Source: Leptonemataceae bacterium (GTDB lineage: Bacteria > Spirochaetota > Leptospiria > Leptospirales > Leptonemataceae). Taken from it: a stretch of 64,000 bases of DNA. Below the pieces are notes generated by a model. The model was not told the DNA's origin. It saw only the letters and a list, made by a program, of their open reading frames with translations, and ran no database searches. The stretch's first letter is position 1, and each line of letters begins with the position of its first letter. The DNA lies in the NCBI GenBank assembly GCA_965227295.1, contig OZ245742.1, positions 4,032,001-4,096,000 of the forward strand, in the 5' to 3' direction. Positions 60,772 through 64,000 of the stretch are shown in pieces. The position numbers and the translations under genes were made by a program.

Positions 60772-61080
60772 ATGAACGAAGCAAACTCCGGCGAGTCGAT
60801 CCTGATTGAATACGTGGACGAAGGCCACAAGGGCGCCTTCGTCGTACGCCGCGACGGCGTACGATTGGCGGAGCTCACCTACACCGGCGCGGGCGATACC
60901 GTGATTTTTGATCACACTCACGTGGACGACGTACTGCGCGGCCAGGGCGTCGGCGTAAAACTCGTGGAAGCCGCCGTTGCCTGGGCTCGCGAGAATCACA
61001 AGGCCGTAATCGCCCTGTGTCCGTTTGCCAAAGCCACGTTCGAGAAACGGGCGGATTTGCGAGATGTGTTGAAAGGTTGA
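60772..61080 (+). CDS. YjdJ-like GNAT acetyltransferase
   Basis: FDHTHVDDVLRGQGVGVKLV, ALCPFA. Confidence 0.9.
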   Translation: MNEANSGESILIEYVDEGHKGAFVVRRDGVRLAELTYTGAGDTVIFDHTHVDDVLRGQGVGVKLVEAAVAWARENHKAVIALCPFAKATFEKRADLRDVLKG

Positions 61081-61087
61081 GATGGTC

Positions 61088-61363
61088 TCAACGAACGCGC
61101 ATGGAGTCAAAAAACATGCGAAAGATCTTTTTCCCGTCTTGATTCACGTCGTCAGGGGCGAAACCCAGGGAATAGATCTTACGAGAGTGCACCAGTGTTG
61201 CATAGCCCTGCAGCTGGCTGAGGATCAAGAGACAGACCGTCTTCGAGTTGGACTTTTTCCAGACACCGCTTTTCTGTATTGATTGAACGAGGGAACGCGC
61301 CAGGTTCTAAGCTGAAAGTCATATTTGATCAACGACGGTTTGGGAATATGCGGACGGATCCAT
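61088..61363 (-). pseudogene. Degraded gene fragment resembling a TetR-family C-terminal domain
   Basis: In-frame ATG..TGA with two internal stops: MDPSAYSQTVVDQI*LSA*NLARSLVQSIQKSGVWKK..LLILSQLQGYATL..FFDSMRVR. Confidence 0.3.
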
Positions 61364-61373
61364 CAGGCTACTA

Positions 61374-62102
61374 ATGCGTACACCAGCTTTCACAATTACG
61401 ATCGCCTTGCTTGCTGTGTCATGTGACTATGCTGCTGGAACGCGGGCCTGTGAGCCGCGGTTCGTGACGGCTTCATCGTTGTTGATCCGCACACAGCCCT
61501 CGGCGAACGCGGCGCGCATTGGAGTTCTTCCGGAAGGGGCGCTGGTTCAGACGTGCCGAACCGAAAACAAAGAAACCATCGGCGGACTCACGGATGTCTG
61601 GCACGAGGTGGACGGAGAAAAACAGGGCTTCGTTTTTGGTGCGTATCTTGCGACTCCGTCGGATGAAGTGTATGAGCTACAGGACGGCGCCACTGTTCGC
61701 ATGGTATATGCCGAAGATCGCTTCAGTCGCGTCTACGTCCTCGACGCCACGCAAAAGCCGGTCTGTCGATTTGAGTATGAATACGGTGAACCGATCATGA
61801 TCGTGCCGTCTCCTGCCGGCACATTCGTTTTGATCAGCCCTGGCACCGGCGCGGTGCGATAGATTCAAATCATCGATCCTTTCTCCTGCGCGCTCGTGGT
61901 GGATAAGATCGGCATGCTCGACGTACGGCCGCATTGGGATGGCGAGTCACTTCGCTTTCAAGAAGCGCAAACCGATCGCAACGGTTGCAGGTTAATTGAG
62001 TATCGCTTTGAACGCGGGGTATTGCAGAAGACCGGTAAATGTGATGAATCCTTCAAAAACGATCTACTACGAAGTCTTCAGTCCGGACGGCGCGAGTTGT
62101 GA
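61374..62102 (+). pseudogene. SH3b-domain lipoprotein interrupted by an in-frame TAG
   Basis: Lipobox LAVSC; LLIRTQPS..IGVLPEG..W.EV..GFVFGAYL; ORF 61896..62102 continues in the same frame after TAG 61860-61862. Confidence 0.65.
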
Positions 62103-62284
62103 GTGCGATGGGCCCGGGTTTCTGTGCGAGCCTGCGCTCAGGTGGCACATCATCTTAATAGAATATGCGGAGCAGTTAGCCTTGTTTCAGGCGAAGTGAC
62201 GCCGGCGATTTTCTTCTTGTTTATTCAGGATTACTGTGAAAGATGCTAGGTCTGTCATGCGGGAAGGAGGCTTAGATCTGGCTT

Positions 62285-63469
62285 ATGAATTCATTTCAGG
62301 ATGACTTAAAGGTGCACAAGGCGCTATTTATGCGCGGGGCTTCATGCGCTTTCTTCAAACTCCCCGCGTCGATATCCCGCGCTATCCTTCTTCTCTCGTT
62401 GAGTGCGGCATTCGCCTATTGCGGAGGCTCCCCCGTACGCGAGGACTTCCAGAAAATTCAGCGCATACATTTACTCGGTGTAGCAGTTGTCGGCCCTTCG
62501 TATGTTACAGAGGCCTGGCAACCGCCTGCTGCGCCGGGCGATTTCGGCGGCAGTCGATCCCTCACGCAGATGCAGGATATGGCTACGGGGGGGACCGGTG
62601 GTGATACCGGCTTCGTTGACGGTGAGTTACACATTGATTCTGAAAATTACGGTGCGGTCGGTAATTTTCCCGTAAGTGGCACGTGCAAAGACTGCGACCG
62701 GGCCGCCCGCTACCGCATTTCCTTCGCGGCCGCGAGGGCGGCAGCCGGCACCGCCCTGCAGGATCGCCTCTATGCCAATGCATCGGCTCCATTCGTCGAT
62801 GCCGCCAACAGCCGGAAACTAAACGGCTTTCGAAGTGCCCAGGAGCTTCTCGAAAACGCGTTGGGACCCCGAGTTGACCTGCCCGATCCCCTTGCCGCAC
62901 TCAAAAAATACGAAAGCACCATTCAGTCACCGGCCTTTCGGGAATTCATCGCCGCTCATCCCGAAGACGCTTTTGTCTATGTAATGGTTTTTCTTTCGCC
63001 CCGCCTGATTCCGCAAACCATCAGTACGCAGGGTTCGGAACCGGTCCGCGACCCGGCCACGGGACAGCTAACCGACAAATATATCATGAAAATCGATGTG
63101 AATGTCGGTTGGGATTCCCTGGCCTTAAACGCTCGCACACGACCAGACATGCGCTACGGAAACAAGCCTGACACGAATCTTCTGAATCCGGGCAACCAGG
63201 GTTGCCTGCCCACGATCTTCACGATTCGTGATTTTAGTAGCGAACCAGCGAAATTTGGCGGTAGTTCGGCCAAATTCATTTCGGTAAATTGGTTCGACAT
63301 CGCACGCAAAGATGCTCGCCGGAACGTATTTCGCATTCAGGGATCTGTGCGGGGTGGAGACGCAACGACAGACCGCAATTTACGTGCAAGCCTACAGAAC
63401 GTAATGGGCCCGCTGGGTGATGAATTGGTTATCCGACTCAATGACTACATCGCGGCTGTAAGGAATTAG
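62285..63469 (+). CDS. Hypothetical lipoprotein
   Basis: Hydrophobic segment ending AFAYC; long ORF; start uncertain. Confidence 0.65.
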   Translation: MNSFQDDLKVHKALFMRGASCAFFKLPASISRAILLLSLSAAFAYCGGSPVREDFQKIQRIHLLGVAVVGPSYVTEAWQPPAAPGDFGGSRSLTQMQDMATGGTGGDTGFVDGELHIDSENYGAVGNFPVSGTCKDCDRAARYRISFAAARAAAGTALQDRLYANASAPFVDAANSRKLNGFRSAQELLENALGPRVDLPDPLAALKKYESTIQSPAFREFIAAHPEDAFVYVMVFLSPRLIPQTISTQGSEPVRDPATGQLTDKYIMKIDVNVGWDSLALNARTRPDMRYGNKPDTNLLNPGNQGCLPTIFTIRDFSSEPAKFGGSSAKFISVNWFDIARKDARRNVFRIQGSVRGGDATTDRNLRASLQNVMGPLGDELVIRLNDYIAAVRN

Positions 63470-63504
63470 ACAACCGGCTCGACACCTGTCATCGGCTACA
63501 TAGT

Positions 63505-64000
63505 GTGGAAGACCGGCGGCTGGAAAGAGACCCGGCCGCTTATTGTCGAGCTGATCGTCGATGCCCGCGAGAAACACCCGTCGTGGGTGGCACGTTCAGA
63601 AGGTTTTTGAGCGCGTCTTTCAGGAGTTCGGTATGCCCGATGCCATCCGATCCGATAACGGCTCTCCATTTGCGTCTCGCGGTCTTGCGGGACTCACGCC
63701 GTTTGCCGTGTGGTTGTTGAAGTTAGGGATCAGACTGGAACGGATCGAGCCCGGCAAGCCGTATCAAAACGGTCGCCATGAGCGGATGCATCTCACGTTA
63801 AAGCAGCATACGGCATTGCCGCCGCGGTCATCCTTGAAAGCACAACAGGCTGCCTTCGATGCCTTTCGCGAGGAGTACAACGAAGTGCGGCCGCATCATG
63901 CGCTGGATCTGAAAACGCCAGCGAGTTTGTACTGTGAATCGAATCGGGAGTATCCAGGAAAGCTTCCGCCGGTTGAGTATCCGACAAGCATGGAACCGTT
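63505..64000 (+). mobile_element. IS481-family transposase remnant (internally deleted, runs off the window)
   Basis: From 63606: FERVFQEFGMPDAIRSDNGSPFAS..ERIEPGKPYQNGRHERMHLTLK..YNEVRPHHAL; the upstream piece ELIVDAREKHPSW is in another frame. Confidence 0.85.

Noticed and set aside
63571..63590. GTGGGTGG match to the 14.7/34.9 kb hairpin
   Set aside because: It is explained by the HPSW codons of the IS481 remnant, with no flanking similarity.
1..64000. tRNA, rRNA, tmRNA, RNase P RNA or known riboswitches
   Set aside because: No signature sequences were recognised by eye; a tRNAscan or Rfam run would be needed to exclude them fully.

Overview
This is a high-GC chromosomal window from a Leptospiraceae-like spirochete. 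The taxonomy is inferred from a TIGR04388-type giant protein, a DUF1554/Len-type adhesin and spirochaetal lipoprotein signals. Core genes are hrcA-grpE-dnaK-dnaJ (with CIRCE operators), miaB, lepA and fliM. Accessory highlights: (1) an apparent alpha-hydroxyketone (CAI-1/LAI-1-type) quorum-sensing locus, with a CqsS/LqsS-like sensor convergent on a CqsA/LqsA-like synthase and a NarL/LuxR regulator separated from the synthase by an intact IS3; (2) an unannotated tandem array of a ~310-370 bp structured non-coding unit at 14.85-15.75 kb, with related fragments elsewhere, one lying at the frame break of a split gene; (3) a second, diverged fliM with an altered CheY-binding peptide; (4) a ~2,040-aa HINT-domain polymorphic toxin with a putative immunity gene; (5) a GpsA-acyltransferase fusion, an sAC-like cyclase-STAND-TPR protein, a kinase with zinc ribbons and an FG-GAP/DUF1554 adhesin pair; (6) several small palindromic repeat families and a decaying right end containing an IS481 remnant. 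No rRNA, tRNA or CRISPR array was recognised. All family calls come from motifs recognised by eye, not from database searches.
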